Shown: positions 1 to 13,655, counted from the stretch's first letter. The stretch is DNA of 64,000 nucleotides from Rhynchopus sp. YZ270_cl-10 (GCA_964035575.1 OZ037836.1:1-64000), one strand, 5' to 3'. Notes: a model not told the origin generated them from the sequence alone. Translations and numbers: made by a program.

Positions 1-3000
1 TGCGGGTTTGCGGGTTTGCGGGTTTGCGGGTTTGCGGGTTTGCGGGTTTGCGGGTTTGCGGGGTTTGCGGGGTTTGCGGTTTGCGGGTTTGCGGGTTTGC
101 GGGTTTGCGGGTTTGCGGGTTTTGCGGGTTTGCGGGTTTGCGGGTTTGCGGGTTTGCGGGTTTGCGGGTTTGCGGGTTTGCGGGTTTGCGGGTTTGCGGG
201 TTTGCGGGTTTGCGGGTTTGCGGGTTTGCGGGTTTGCGGGTTTGCGGGTTTGCGGGTTTGCGGGTTTGCGGGTTTGCGGGTTTGCGGGTTTGCGGTTTGC
301 GGGTTTGCGGGTTTGCGGGTTTGCGGGTTTGCGGGTTTGCGGGTTTGGGTTTGCGGGTTTGCGGGTTTGCGGGTTTGCGGGTTTGCGGGTTTGCGGGTTT
401 GCGGGTTTGCGGGTTTGCGGGTTTGCGGGTTTGCGGGTTTGCGGGTTTGCGGGTTTGCGGGTTTGCGGGTTTGCGGGTTTGCGGGTTTGCGGGTTTGCGG
501 GTTTGCGGGTTTGCGGGTTTGCGGGTTTGCGGGTTTGCGGGTTTGCGGGTTTGCGGGTTTGCGGGTTTGCGGGTTTGCGGGTTTGCGGGTTTGCGGGTTT
601 GCGGGTTTGCGGGTTTGCGGTTTGCGGGTTTGCGGGTTTGCGGGTTTGCGGGTTTGCGGGTTTGCGGGTTTGCGGGTTTGCGGGTTTGCGGGTTTGCGGG
701 TTTGCGGGTTTGCGGGTTTGCGGGTTTGCGGGTTTGCGGGTTTGCGGGTTTGCGGGTTTGCGGGTTTGCGGGTTTGCGGGTTTGCGGGTTTGCGGGTTTG
801 CGGGTTTGCGGGTTTGCGGGTTTGCGGGTTTGCGGGTTTGCGGGTTTGCGGGTTTGCGGGTTTGCGGGTTTGCGGGTTTGCGGGTTTGCGGGTTTGCGGG
901 TTTGCGGGTTTGCGGGTTTGCGGGTTTGCGGGTTTGCGGGTTTGCGGGTTTGCGGGTTTGCGGGTTTGCGGGTTTGCGGGTTTGCGGGTTTGCGGGTTTG
1001 CGGGTTGCGGGTTTGCGGGTTTGCGGGTTTGCGGGTTTGCGGGTTTGCGGGTTTGCGGGTTTGCGGGTTTGCGGGTTTGCGGGTTTGCGGGTTTGCGGGT
1101 TTGCGGGTTTGCGGGTTTGCGGGTTTGCGGGTTTGCGGGTTTGCGGGTTTGCGGGTTTGCGGGTTTGCGGGTTTGCGGGTTTGCGGGTTTGCGGGTTTGC
1201 GGGTTTGCGGTTTGCGGTTTGCGGGTTTGCGGGTTTGCGGGTTTGCGGGTTTGCGGGTTTGCGGGTTTGCGGGTTTGCGGGTTTGCGGGTTTGCGGGTTT
1301 GCGGGTTTGCGGGTTTGCGGGTTTGCGGGTTTGCGGGTTTGCGGGTTTGCGGGTTTGCGGGTTTGCGGGTTTGCGGGTTTGCGGGTTTGCGGGTTTGCGG
1401 GTTTGCGGGTTTGCGGGTTTGCGGGTTTGCGGGTTTGCGGGTTTGCGGGTTTGCGGGTTTGCGGGTTTGCGGGTTTGCGGGTTTGCGGGTTTGCGGGTTT
1501 GCGGGTTTGCGGGTTTGCGGGTTTGCGGGTTTGCGGGTTTGCGGGTTTGCGGGTTTGCGGGTTTGCGGGTTTGCGGGTTTGCGGGTTTGCGGGTTTGCGG
1601 GTTTGCGGGTTTGCGGGTTTGCGGGTTTGCGGGTTTGCGGGTTTGCGGGTTTGCGGGTTTGCGGGTTTGCGGGTTTGCGGGTTTGCGGGTTTGCGGGTTT
1701 GCGGGTTTGCGGGTTTGCGGGTTTGCGGGTTTGCGGGTTTGCGGGTTTGCGGGTTTGCGGGTTTGCGGGTTTGCGGGTTTGCGGGTTTGCGGGTTTGCGG
1801 GTTTGCGGGTTTGCGGGTTTGCGGGTTTGCGGGTTTGCGGGTTTGCGGGTTTGCGGGTTTGCGGGTTTGCGGGTTTGCGGGTTTGCGGGTTTGCGGGTTT
1901 GCGGGTTTGCGGGTTTGCGGGTTTGCGGGTTTGCGGGTTTGCGGGTTTGCGGGTTTGCGGGTTTGCGGGTTTGCGGGTTTGCGGGTTTGCGGGTTTGCGG
2001 GTTTGCGGGTTTGCGGGTTTGCGGGTTTGCGGGTTTGCGGGTTTGCGGGTTTGCGGGTTTGCGGGTTTGCGGGTTTGCGGGTTTGCGGGTTTGCGGGTTT
2101 GCGGGTTTGCGGGTTTGCGGGTTTGCGGGTTTGCGGGTTTGCGGGTTTGCGGGTTTGCGGGTTTGCGGGTTTGCGGGTTTGCGGGTTTGCGGGTTTGCGG
2201 GTTTGCGGGTTTGCGGGTTTGCGGGTTTGCGGGTTTGCGGGTTTGCGGGTTTGCGGGTTTGCGGGTTTGCGGGTTTGCGGGTTTGCGGGTTTGCGGGTTT
2301 GCGGGTTTGCGGGTTTGCGGGTTTGCGGGTTTGCGGGTTTGCGGGTTTGCGGGTTTGCGGGTTTGCGGGTTTGCGGGTTTGCGGGTTTGCGGGTTTGCGG
2401 GTTTGCGGGTTTGCGGGTTTGCGGGTTTGCGGGTTTGCGGGTTTGCGGGTTTGCGGGTTTGCGGGTTTGCGGGTTTGCGGGTTTGCGGGTTTGCGGGTTT
2501 GCGGGTTTGCGGGTTTGCGGGTTTGCGGGTTTGCGGGTTTGCGGGTTTGCGGGTTTGCGGGTTTGCGGGTTTGCGGGTTTGCGGGTTTGCGGGTTTGCGG
2601 GTTTGCGGGTTTGCGGGTTTGCGGGTTTGCGGGTTTGCGGGTTTGCGGGTTTGCGGGTTTGCGGGTTTGCGGGTTTGCGGGTTTGCGGGTTTGCGGGTTT
2701 GCGGGTTTGCGGGTTTGCGGGTTTGCGGGTTTGCGGGTTTGCGGGTTTGCGGGTTTGCGGGTTTGCGGGTTTGCGGGTTTGCGGGTTTGCGGGTTTGCGG
2801 GTTTGCGGGTTTGCGGGTTTGCGGGTTTGCGGGTTTGCGGGTTTGCGGGTTTGCGGGTTTGCGGGTTTGCGGGTTTGCGGGTTTGCGGGTTTGCGGGTTT
2901 GCGGGTTTGCGGGTTTGCGGGTTTGCGGGTTTGCGGGTTTGCGGGTTTGCGGGTTTGCGGGTTTGCGGGTTTGCGGGTTTGCGGGTTTGCGGGTTTGCGG

Positions 3001-4810
3001 GTTTGCGGGTTTGCGGGTTTGCGGGTTTGCGGGTTTGCGGGTTTGCGGGTTTGCGGGTTTGCGGGTTTGCGGGTTTGCGGGTTTGCGGGTTTGCGGGTTT
3101 GCGGGTTTGCGGGTTTGCGGGTTTGCGGGTTTGCGGGTTTGCGGGTTTGCGGGTTTGCGGGTTTGCGGGTTTGCGGGTTTGCGGGTTTGCGGGTTTGCGG
3201 GTTTGCGGGTTTGCGGGTTTGCGGGTTTGCGGGTTTGCGGGTTTGCGGGTTTGCGGGTTTGCGGGTTTGCGGGTTTGCGGGTTTGCGGGTTTACGGGTTT
3301 GCGGGTTTGCGGGTTTGCGGGTTTACGGGTTTGCGGGTTTGCGGGTTTGCGGGTTTGCGGGTTTGCGGGTTTGCGGGTTTGCGGGTTTGCGGGTTTGCGG
3401 GTTTGCGGGTTTGCGGGTTTGCGGGTTTGCGGGTTTGCGGGTTTGCGGGTTTGCGGGTTTGCGGGTTTGCGGGTTTGCGGGTTTGCGGGTTTGCGGGTTT
3501 GCGGGTTTGCGGGTTTGCGGGTTTGCGGGGTTTGCGGGTTTGCGGGTTTGCGGGTTTGCGGGTTTGCGGGTTTGCGGGTTTGCGGGTTTGCGGGTTTGCG
3601 GGTTTGCGGGTTTGCGGGTTTGCGGGTTTGCGGGTTTGCGGGTTTGCGGGTTTGCGGGTTTGCGGGTTTGCGGGTTTGCGGGTTTGCGGGTTTGCGGGTT
3701 TGCGGGTTTGCGGGTTTGCGGGTTTGCGGGTTTGCGGGTTTGCGGGTTTGCGGGTTTGCGGGTTTGCGGGTTTGCGGGTTTGCGGGTTTGCGGGTTTGCG
3801 GGTTTGCGGGTTTGCGGGTTTGCGGGTTTGCGGGTTTGCGGGTTTGCGGGTTTGCGGGTTTGCGGGTTTGCGGGTTTGCGGGTTTGCGGGTTTGCGGGTT
3901 TGCGGGTTTGCGGGTTTGCGGGTTTGCGGGTTTGCGGGTTTGCGGGTTTGCGGGTTTGCGGGTTTGCGGGTTTGCGGGTTTGCGGGTTTGCGGGTTTGCG
4001 GGTTTGCGGGTTTGCGGGTTTGCGGGTTTGCGGGTTTGCGGGTTTGCGGGTTTGCGGGTTTGCGGGTTTGCGGGTTTGCGGGTTTGCGGGTTTGCGGGTT
4101 TGCGGGTTTGCGGGTTTGCGGGTTTGCGGGTTTGCGGGTTTGCGGGTTTGCGGGTTTGCGGGTTTGCGGGTTTGCGGGTTTGCGGGTTTGCGGGTTTGCG
4201 GGTTTGCGGGTTTGCGGGTTTGCGGGTTTGCGGGTTTGCGGGTTTGCGGGTTTGCGGGTTTGCGGGTTTGCGGGTTTGCGGGTTTGCGGGTTTGCGGGTT
4301 TGCGGGTTTGCGGGTTTGCGGGTTTGCGGGTTTGCGGGTTTGCGGGTTTGCGGGTTTGCGGGTTTGCGGGTTTGCGGGTTTGCGGGTTTGCGGGTTTGCG
4401 GGTTTGCGGGTTTGCGGGTTTGCGGGTTTGCGGGTTTGCGGGTTTGCGGGTTTGCGGGTTTGCGGGTTTGCGGGTTTGCGGGTTTGCGGGTTTACGGGTT
4501 TGCGGGTTTGCGGGTTTGCGGGTTTGCGGGTTTGCGGGTTTGCGGGTTTGCGGGTTTGCGGGTTTGCGGGTTTGCGGGTTTGCGGGTTTGCGGGTTTACG
4601 GGTTTGCGGGTTTGCGGGTTTGCGGGTTTGCGGGTTTGCGGGTTTGCGGGTTTGCGGGTTTACGGGTTTGCGGGTTTGCGGGTTTGCGGGTTTGCAGGTT
4701 TGCGGGTTTGCGGGTTTGCGGGTTTACGGGTTTGCGGGTTTGCGGGTTTGCGGGTTTGCGGGTTTGCGGGTTTGCGGGTTTGCGGGTTTGCGGGTTTGCG
4801 GGTTTGCGGG
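1..4810 (+). repeat. Telomere-like octamer tract (GGGTTTGC)n, ~600 units, G-rich strand on +
   Basis: Near-perfect 8-bp period. Small indels are mostly in the first 1.2 kb. TTTACGGG variants at 3293, 3325, 4494, 4598, 4662 and 4726; TTTGCAGG at 4696. The repeat is certain, telomeric function is inferred. Confidence 0.97.
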
Positions 4811-5133
4811 CCATACCGTCTACCGGGGCAACCATATTTTTGAAAACTCGGCCTTGCATAGGGCCCAGTATGTCCCACAGGGTATATTGCCCCAGTATCA
4901 GGTCCCCGCACAAGCCAAACCAATATTTTAAAATTGATTTTTTTGAAAAAAATATTTTTCAAAAAAAATCGTGATTTTTGGGATTTTGGTGATTTTTACA
5001 GTTTTGCACACCCTGAAAATCGGTTTTTTCGGCTCCGCAGGTGAAATATCGACATAATTTAGGTATGTTATGTGCATAATATACCCATTAGAGCCCATTC
5101 AAGTCACATTCCGACCATTTTTCCTGAAAAGGA

Positions 5134-5365
5134 GCTCCAGTCTCAGTGTCTTGCTGAGATCCCGCCTTAATTCCCGCTACACAATTTCACAGCTCCAGTC
5201 TGAGCGTCTCGCTGAGATCCCGCCTTAATTCCCGCTACACAATTTCACGGCTCCAGTCTGAGCGTCTCGCTGAGATCCCGCCTTAATTCCCGCTACACAA
5301 TTTCACGGCTCCAGTCTGAGCGTCTCGCTGAGATCCCGCCTTAATTCCCGCTACACAACTTCACA
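5134..5365 (+). repeat. 58-bp minisatellite x4 inside each 1851-bp unit (x5 in units 6 and 16)
   Basis: GCTCCAGTCTGAGCGTCTCGCTGAGATCCCGCCTTAATTCCCGCTACACAATTTCACG repeated head-to-tail without spacers, followed by a degenerate copy. Confidence 0.95.
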
Positions 5366-5693
5366 GTGTCTAGCTGACACCCAGCCTGAGTACCCTCTAC
5401 AAAGGTCTGAAGACCACAAAAAACACCCTATTTTTGACCCTGAAAACATGATTTTAGCAAATAGGGCAACTAGTTTGGTGATGCAGCGACCGACTCATGG
5501 GCCCAGTATGTCCAACAGGGCCATATGTTTGGTAAATTGTACCGGGGGCAAGGGGATGTACAAAAAAAAAGTGGATTTTTTACCTTACCAGTAAAAAAAT
5601 GGCCAAAAATAGGCCAAAAATGGCCATTTTTCGGCCATGTGACCCCCACAGCAACCCTATATAGACCCCTAAAAACCTAATACTTTTTTCCCA

Positions 5694-5781
5694 GCGATGT
5701 GTCCTGGGGGCCCTTCGGGCCCCCAGGACACATTGCAACCCCGTTTTTTCAAAAAGTTGGCCCTACGGGCCAACTTTTTGA
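5694..5781. other. Two adjacent long perfect hairpins in each 1851-bp unit
   Basis: ATGTGTCCTGGGGGCCC-ttc-GGGCCCCCAGGACACAT (17-bp perfect stem, 5697-5733) and TCAAAAAGTTGGCCC-tac-GGGCCAACTTTTTGA (15-bp stem, 5749-5781). Confidence 0.9.
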
Positions 5782-8700
5782 GGTGGCCTGTAGGGTGACC
5801 CCTTCAAAAAGCTGGAACCCGGATTTTGGGGTCAGGGGTCCGTTTATGCACTTTTATGTATAAAAAAATGTCTGGGGCGAGAAAATGCAAATTTTTGCCT
5901 GCAAACACACTGCATACTACTACAGGACCATATTCCATCTTATCAGGAAAAATTTCGGAGGTGTTAGTCATAAAAACAATTTAAAATTTTTTGAAAAAAC
6001 ATGAGATCTGGATAAAAGTTTTGACTGTACCTGTGGAAGGTGGGATTTTGCCTGTGTTTTGACTTTTTTTTTCAGTAAATAAACTTCTACTCATCTCCGG
6101 AGGCCGTCCGAGGTCGCAATTAACTCATTTTGACAATTTAGGGCCATATACCGCCCGTTTTTTCAAAAAGTTGAAAATTTTGGCCCCCAGGATTGGGTAC
6201 AGCGTGTACTGAACCCAGATTTTCGAAAAATCTCAACTTTTGAAATTGGTCACTTATGGCAGCATGTATCTGACACCCAATTTTGACTTTTCCCGTGAAT
6301 CCATTTTGGTGCATATACACTATCTGGCACCCCTGAGTCCATTGCGGGGTCGTTTTTCCAAAACGTCGACCGGACTAATACCTAATATGACCCTGGGTAT
6401 AGCGTACCGTCTCAGAAACACCCCAAAATCAGTGTTTTTGAAGGGTTGTCACAGCTAAAATCGATGAAAAAATGTCAAAATCACTTTCCCGTGACCCAAT
6501 AGCGTGAAATATGGCCCATGTGGGCCCCCAGGACCTATAACACCCCCAATCGGTCGAAACCATGCATATTTTACACCCCCAGATACATGTGCCCATGGGG
6601 TGCCAGACCCCAAAATCATGATTTTTTCATGATTTTTGGCCGGATGCACTGACCAGCAGGGCCATACCGTCTACCGGGGCAACCATATTTTTGAAAACTC
6701 GGCCTTGCATAGGGCCCAGTATGTCCCACAGGGTATATTGCCCCAGTATCAGGTCCCCGCACAAGCCAAACCAATATTTTAAAATTGATTTTTTTGAAAA
6801 AAATATTTTTCAAAAAAAATCGTGATTTTTGGGATTTTGGTGATTTTTACAGTTTTGCACACCCTGAAAATCGGTTTTTTCGGCTCCGCAGGTGAAATAT
6901 CGACATAATTTAGGTATGTTATGTGCATAATATACCCATTAGAGCCCATTCAAGTCACATTCCGACCATTTTTCCTGAAAAGGAGCTCCAGTCTCAGTGT
7001 CTTGCTGAGATCCCGCCTTAATTCCCGCTACACAATTTCACAGCTCCAGTCTGAGCGTCTCGCTGAGATCCCGCCTTAATTCCCGCTACACAATTTCACG
7101 GCTCCAGTCTGAGCGTCTCGCTGAGATCCCGCCTTAATTCCCGCTACACAATTTCACGGCTCCAGTCTGAGCGTCTCGCTGAGATCCCGCCTTAATTCCC
7201 GCTACACAACTTCACAGTGTCTAGCTGACACCCAGCCTGAGTACCCTCTACAAAGGTCTGAAGACCACAAAAAACACCCTATTTTTGACCCTGAAAACAT
7301 GATTTTAGCAAATAGGGCAACTAGTTTGGTGATGCAGCGACCGACTCATGGGCCCAGTATGTCCAACAGGGCCATATGTTTGGTAAATTGTACCGGGGGC
7401 AAGGGGATGTACAAAAAAAAAGTGGATTTTTTACCTTACCAGTAAAAAAATGGCCAAAAATAGGCCAAAAATGGCCATTTTTCGGCCATGTGACCCCCAC
7501 AGCAACCCTATATAGACCCCTAAAAACCTAATACTTTTTTCCCAGCGATGTGTCCTGGGGGCCCTTCGGGCCCCCAGGACACATTGCAACCCCGTTTTTT
7601 CAAAAAGTTGGCCCTACGGGCCAACTTTTTGAGGTGGCCTGTAGGGTGACCCCTTCAAAAAGCTGGAACCCGGATTTTGGGGTCAGGGGTCCGTTTATGC
7701 ACTTTTATGTATAAAAAAATGTCTGGGGCGAGAAAATGCAAATTTTTGCCTGCAAACACACTGCATACTACTACAGGACCATATTCCATCTTATCAGGAA
7801 AAATTTCGGAGGTGTTAGTCATAAAAACAATTTAAAATTTTTTGAAAAAACATGAGATCTGGATAAAAGTTTTGACTGTACCTGTGGAAGGTGGGATTTT
7901 GCCTGTGTTTTGACTTTTTTTTTCAGTAAATAAACTTCTACTCATCTCCGGAGGCCGTCCGAGGTCGCAATTAACTCATTTTGACAATTTAGGGCCATAT
8001 ACCGCCCGTTTTTTCAAAAAGTTGAAAATTTTGGCCCCCAGGATTGGGTACAGCGTGTACTGAACCCAGATTTTCGAAAAATCTCAACTTTTGAAATTGG
8101 TCACTTATGGCAGCATGTATCTGACACCCAATTTTGACTTTTCCCGTGAATCCATTTTGGTGCATATACACTATCTGGCACCCCTGAGTCCATTGCGGGG
8201 TCGTTTTTCCAAAACGTCGACCGGACTAATACCTAATATGACCCTGGGTATAGCGTACCGTCTCAGAAACACCCCAAAATCAGTGTTTTTGAAGGGTTGT
8301 CACAGCTAAAATCGATGAAAAAATGTCAAAATCACTTTCCCGTGACCCAATAGCGTGAAATATGGCCCATGTGGGCCCCCAGGACCTATAACACCCCCAA
8401 TCGGTCGAAACCATGCATATTTTACACCCCCAGATACATGTGCCCATGGGGTGCCAGACCCCAAAATCATGATTTTTTCATGATTTTTGGCCGGATGCAC
8501 TGACCAGCAGGGCCATACCGTCTACCGGGGCAACCATATTTTTGAAAACTCGGCCTTGCATAGGGCCCAGTATGTCCCACAGGGTATATTGCCCCAGTAT
8601 CAGGTCCCCGCACAAGCCAAACCAATATTTTAAAATTGATTTTTTTGAAAAAAATATTTTTCAAAAAAAATCGTGATTTTTGGGATTTTGGTGATTTTTA

Positions 8701-11700
8701 CAGTTTTGCACACCCTGAAAATCGGTTTTTTCGGCTCCGCAGGTGAAATATCGACATAATTTAGGTATGTTATGTGCATAATATACCCATTAGAGCCCAT
8801 TCAAGTCACATTCCGACCATTTTTCCTGAAAAGGAGCTCCAGTCTCAGTGTCTTGCTGAGATCCCGCCTTAATTCCCGCTACACAATTTCACAGCTCCAG
8901 TCTGAGCGTCTCGCTGAGATCCCGCCTTAATTCCCGCTACACAATTTCACGGCTCCAGTCTGAGCGTCTCGCTGAGATCCCGCCTTAATTCCCGCTACAC
9001 AATTTCACGGCTCCAGTCTGAGCGTCTCGCTGAGATCCCGCCTTAATTCCCGCTACACAACTTCACAGTGTCTAGCTGACACCCAGCCTGAGTACCCTCT
9101 ACAAAGGTCTGAAGACCACAAAAAACACCCTATTTTTGACCCTGAAAACATGATTTTAGCAAATAGGGCAACTAGTTTGGTGATGCAGCGACCGACTCAT
9201 GGGCCCAGTATGTCCAACAGGGCCATATGTTTGGTAAATTGTACCGGGGGCAAGGGGATGTACAAAAAAAAAGTGGATTTTTTACCTTAAAAAAATGGCC
9301 AAAAATAGGCCAAAAATGGCCATTTTTCGGCCATGTGACCCCCACAGCAACCCTATATAGACCCCTAAAAACCTAATACTTTTTTCCCAGCGATGTGTCC
9401 TGGGGGCCCTTCGGGCCCCCAGGACACATTGCAACCCCGTTTTTTCAAAAAGTTGGCCCTACGGGCCAACTTTTTGAGGTGGCCTGTAGGGTGACCCCTT
9501 CAAAAAGCTGGAACCCGGATTTTGGGGTCAGGGGTCCGTTTATGCACTTTTATGTATAAAAAAATGTCTGGGGCGAGAAAATGCAAATTTTTGCCTGCAA
9601 ACACACTGCATACTACTACAGGACCATATTCCATCTTATCAGGAAAAATTTCGGAGGTGTTAGTCATAAAAACAATTTAAAATTTTTTGAAAAAACATGA
9701 GATCTGGATAAAAGTTTTGACTGTACCTGTGGAAGGTGGGATTTTGCCTGTGTTTTGACTTTTTTTTCAGTAAATAAACTTCTACTCATCTCCGGAGGCC
9801 GTCCGAGGTCGCAATTAACTCATTTTGACAATTTAGGGCCATATACCGCCCGTTTTTTCAAAAAGTTGAAAATTTTGGCCCCCAGGATTGGGTACAGCGT
9901 GTACTGAACCCAGATTTTCGAAAAATCTCAACTTTTGAAATTGGTCACTTATGGCAGCATGTATCTGACACCCAATTTTGACTTTTCCCGTGAATCCATT
10001 TTGGTGCATATACACTATCTGGCACCCCTGAGTCCATTGCGGGGTCGTTTTTCCAAAACGTCGACCGGACTAATACCTAATATGACCCTGGGTATAGCGT
10101 ACCGTCTCAGAAACACCCCAAAATCAGTGTTTTTGAAGGGTTGTCACAGCTAAAATCGATGAAAAAATGTCAAAATCACTTTCCCGTGACCCAATAGCGT
10201 GAAATATGGCCCATGTGGGCCCCCAGGACCTATAACACCCCCAATCGGTCGAAACCATGCATATTTTACACCCCCAGATACATGTGCCCATGGGGTGCCA
10301 GACCCCAAAATCATGATTTTTTCATGATTTTTGGCCGGATGCACTGACCAGCAGGGCCATACCGTCTACCGGGGCAACCATATTTTTGAAAACTCGGCCT
10401 TGCATAGGGCCCAGTATGTCCCACAGGGTATATTGCCCCAGTATCAGGTCCCCGCACAAGCCAAACCAATATTTTAAAATTGATTTTTTTGAAAAAAATA
10501 TTTTTCAAAAAAAATCGTGATTTTTGGGATTTTGGTGATTTTTACAGTTTTGCACACCCTGAAAATCGGTTTTTTCGGCTCCGCAGGTGAAATATCGACA
10601 TAATTTAGGTATGTTATGTGCATAATATACCCATTAGAGCCCATTCAAGTCACATTCCGACCATTTTTCCTGAAAAGGAGCTCCAGTCTCAGTGTCTTGC
10701 TGAGATCCCGCCTTAATTCCCGCTACACAATTTCACAGCTCCAGTCTGAGCGTCTCGCTGAGATCCCGCCTTAATTCCCGCTACACAATTTCACGGCTCC
10801 AGTCTGAGCGTCTCGCTGAGATCCCGCCTTAATTCCCGCTACACAATTTCACGGCTCCAGTCTGAGCGTCTCGCTGAGATCCCGCCTTAATTCCCGCTAC
10901 ACAACTTCACAGTGTCTAGCTGACACCCAGCCTGAGTACCCTCTACAAAGGTCTGAAGACCACAAAAAACACCCTATTTTTGACCCTGAAAACATGATTT
11001 TAGCAAATAGGGCAACTAGTTTGGTGATGCAGCGACCGACTCATGGGCCCAGTATGTCCAACAGGGCCATATGTTTGGTAAATTGTACCGGGGGCAAGGG
11101 GATGTACAAAAAAAAAGTGGATTTTTTACCTTACCAGTAAAAAAATGGCCAAAAATAGGCCAAAAATGGCCATTTTTCGGCCATGTGACCCCCACAGCAA
11201 CCCTATATAGACCCCTAAAAACCTAATACTTTTTTCCCAGCGATGTGTCCTGGGGGCCCTTCGGGCCCCCAGGACACATTGCAACCCCGTTTTTTCAAAA
11301 AGTTGGCCCTACGGGCCAACTTTTTGAGGTGGCCTGTAGGGTGACCCCTTCAAAAAGCTGGAACCCGGATTTTGGGGTCAGGGGTCCGTTTATGCACTTT
11401 TATGTATAAAAAAATGTCTGGGGCGAGAAAATGCAAATTTTTGCCTGCAAACACACTGCATACTACTACAGGACCATATTCCATCTTATCAGGAAAAATT
11501 TCGGAGGTGTTAGTCATAAAAACAATTTAAAATTTTTTGAAAAAACATGAGATCTGGATAAAAGTTTTGACTGTACCTGTGGAAGGTGGGATTTTGCCTG
11601 TGTTTTGACTTTTTTTTTCAGTAAATAAACTTCTACTCATCTCCGGAGGCCGTCCGAGGTCGCAATTAACTCATTTTGACAATTTAGGGCCATATACCGC

Positions 11701-13388
11701 CCGTTTTTTCAAAAAGTTGAAAATTTTGGCCCCCAGGATTGGGTACAGCGTGTACTGAACCCAGATTTTCGAAAAATCTCAACTTTTGAAATTGGTCACT
11801 TATGGCAGCATGTATCTGACACCCAATTTTGACTTTTCCCGTGAATCCATTTTGGTGCATATACACTATCTGGCACCCCTGAGTCCATTGCGGGGTCGTT
11901 TTTCCAAAACGTCGACCGGACTAATACCTAATATGACCCTGGGTATAGCGTACCGTCTCAGAAACACCCCAAAATCAGTGTTTTTGAAGGGTTGTCACAG
12001 CTAAAATCGATGAAAAAATGTCAAAATCACTTTCCCGTGACCCAATAGCGTGAAATATGGCCCATGTGGGCCCCCAGGACCTATAACACCCCCAATCGGT
12101 CGAAACCATGCATATTTTACACCCCCAGATACATGTGCCCATGGGGTGCCAGACCCCAAAATCATGATTTTTTCATGATTTTTGGCCGGATGCACTGACC
12201 AGCAGGGCCATACCGTCTACCGGGGCAACCATATTTTTGAAAACTCGGCCTTGCATAGGGCCCAGTATGTCCCACAGGGTATATTGCCCCAGTATCAGGT
12301 CCCCGCACAAGCCAAACCAATATTTTAAAATTGATTTTTTTGAAAAAAATATTTTTCAAAAAAAATCGTGATTTTTGGGATTTTGGTGATTTTTACAGTT
12401 TTGCACACCCTGAAAATCGGTTTTTTCGGCTCCGCAGGTGAAATATCGACATAATTTAGGTATGTTATGTGCATAATATACCCATTAGAGCCCATTCAAG
12501 TCACATTCCGACCATTTTTCCTGAAAAGGAGCTCCAGTCTCAGTGTCTTGCTGAGATCCCGCCTTAATTCCCGCTACACAATTTCACAGCTCCAGTCTGA
12601 GCGTCTCGCTGAGATCCCGCCTTAATTCCCGCTACACAATTTCACGGCTCCAGTCTGAGCGTCTCGCTGAGATCCCGCCTTAATTCCCGCTACACAATTT
12701 CACGGCTCCAGTCTGAGCGTCTCGCTGAGATCCCGCCTTAATTCCCGCTACACAACTTCACAGTGTCTAGCTGACACCCAGCCTGAGTACCCTCTACAAA
12801 GGTCTGAAGACCACAAAAAACACCCTATTTTTGACCCTGAAAACATGATTTTAGCAAATAGGGCAACTAGTTTGGTGATGCAGCGACCGACTCATGGGCC
12901 CAGTATGTCCAACAGGGCCATATGTTTGGTAAATTGTACCGGGGGCAAGGGGATGTACAAAAAAAAAGTGGATTTTTTACCTTACCAGTAAAAAAATGGC
13001 CAAAAATAGGCCAAAAATGGCCATTTTTCGGCCATGTGACCCCCACAGCAACCCTATATAGACCCCTAAAAACCTAATACTTTTTTCCCAGCGATGTGTC
13101 CTGGGGGCCCTTCGGGCCCCCAGGACACATTGCAACCCCGTTTTTTCAAAAAGTTGGCCCTACGGGCCAACTTTTTGAGGTGGCCTGTAGGGTGACCCCT
13201 TCAAAAAGCTGGAACCCGGATTTTGGGGTCAGGGGTCCGTTTATGCACTTTTATGTATAAAAAAATGTCTGGGGCGAGAAAATGCAAATTTTTGCCTGCA
13301 AACACACTGCATACTACTACAGGACCATATTCCATCTTATCAGGAAAAATTTCGGAGGTGTTAGTCATAAAAACAATTTAAAATTTTT

Positions 13389-13458
13389 GGGGAATAGTCA
13401 GTTATGCCCTACCCTTTTTTTGAAATGGTCAGAGATACCCGAAAATAAGTTCAGATAT
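13389..13458 (+). repeat. MULE left terminal inverted repeat (70 bp)
   Basis: Reverse complement of 19988-20057 with a single G/A difference at TIR position 18. Confidence 0.95.
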
Positions 13459-13655
13459 TGGTCAGAGATACCCGAAAATAAGTTCAGATATTGGTCAGAG
13501 ATGCCCCATTTTCAAAAATAGGGCATAACTGACCAATATCTGAACTTATTTTCGGGTATTTCGGGTATCTCTGACTATTTCTCAACTTATTTTCGGGCAT
13601 GTCTGACCATATCGCCAACTTTTTTCGGGTACCCCAAAAAAGTTGGTTTTCGGGT

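Noticed and set aside
8..4974. 1600-aa RVCGFAGL-repeat ORFs in three frames (also at 57375-58033 and 61994-62480)
   Set aside because: The octamer has no stop codon in any frame, so these are translation artefacts.
5134..5365. 58-bp repeats as a CRISPR array
   Set aside because: No unique spacers, no cas genes, eukaryotic context.
5470..5474. CTAG|T as a canonical Helitron 3' end of the 1851-bp unit
   Set aside because: No GC-rich hairpin just upstream on either strand and no adjacent TC start.
5694..5781. Hairpins as rho-independent terminators or UNCG RNA tetraloops
   Set aside because: No upstream gene and eukaryotic DNA; the stems pair fully to leave 3-nt loops, better read as DNA GNA triloops.
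6655..6780. 5S rRNA gene in the tandem unit (GGCCATACC resembles the 5S 5' end)
   Set aside because: Similarity stops after 9 nt; no internal 5S conserved blocks or closing stem are seen.
6138..6813. Four 60-72 aa ORFs recurring in every 1851-bp unit
   Set aside because: Short, overlapping on both strands, with no recognisable motifs; recurrence only reflects DNA repetition.
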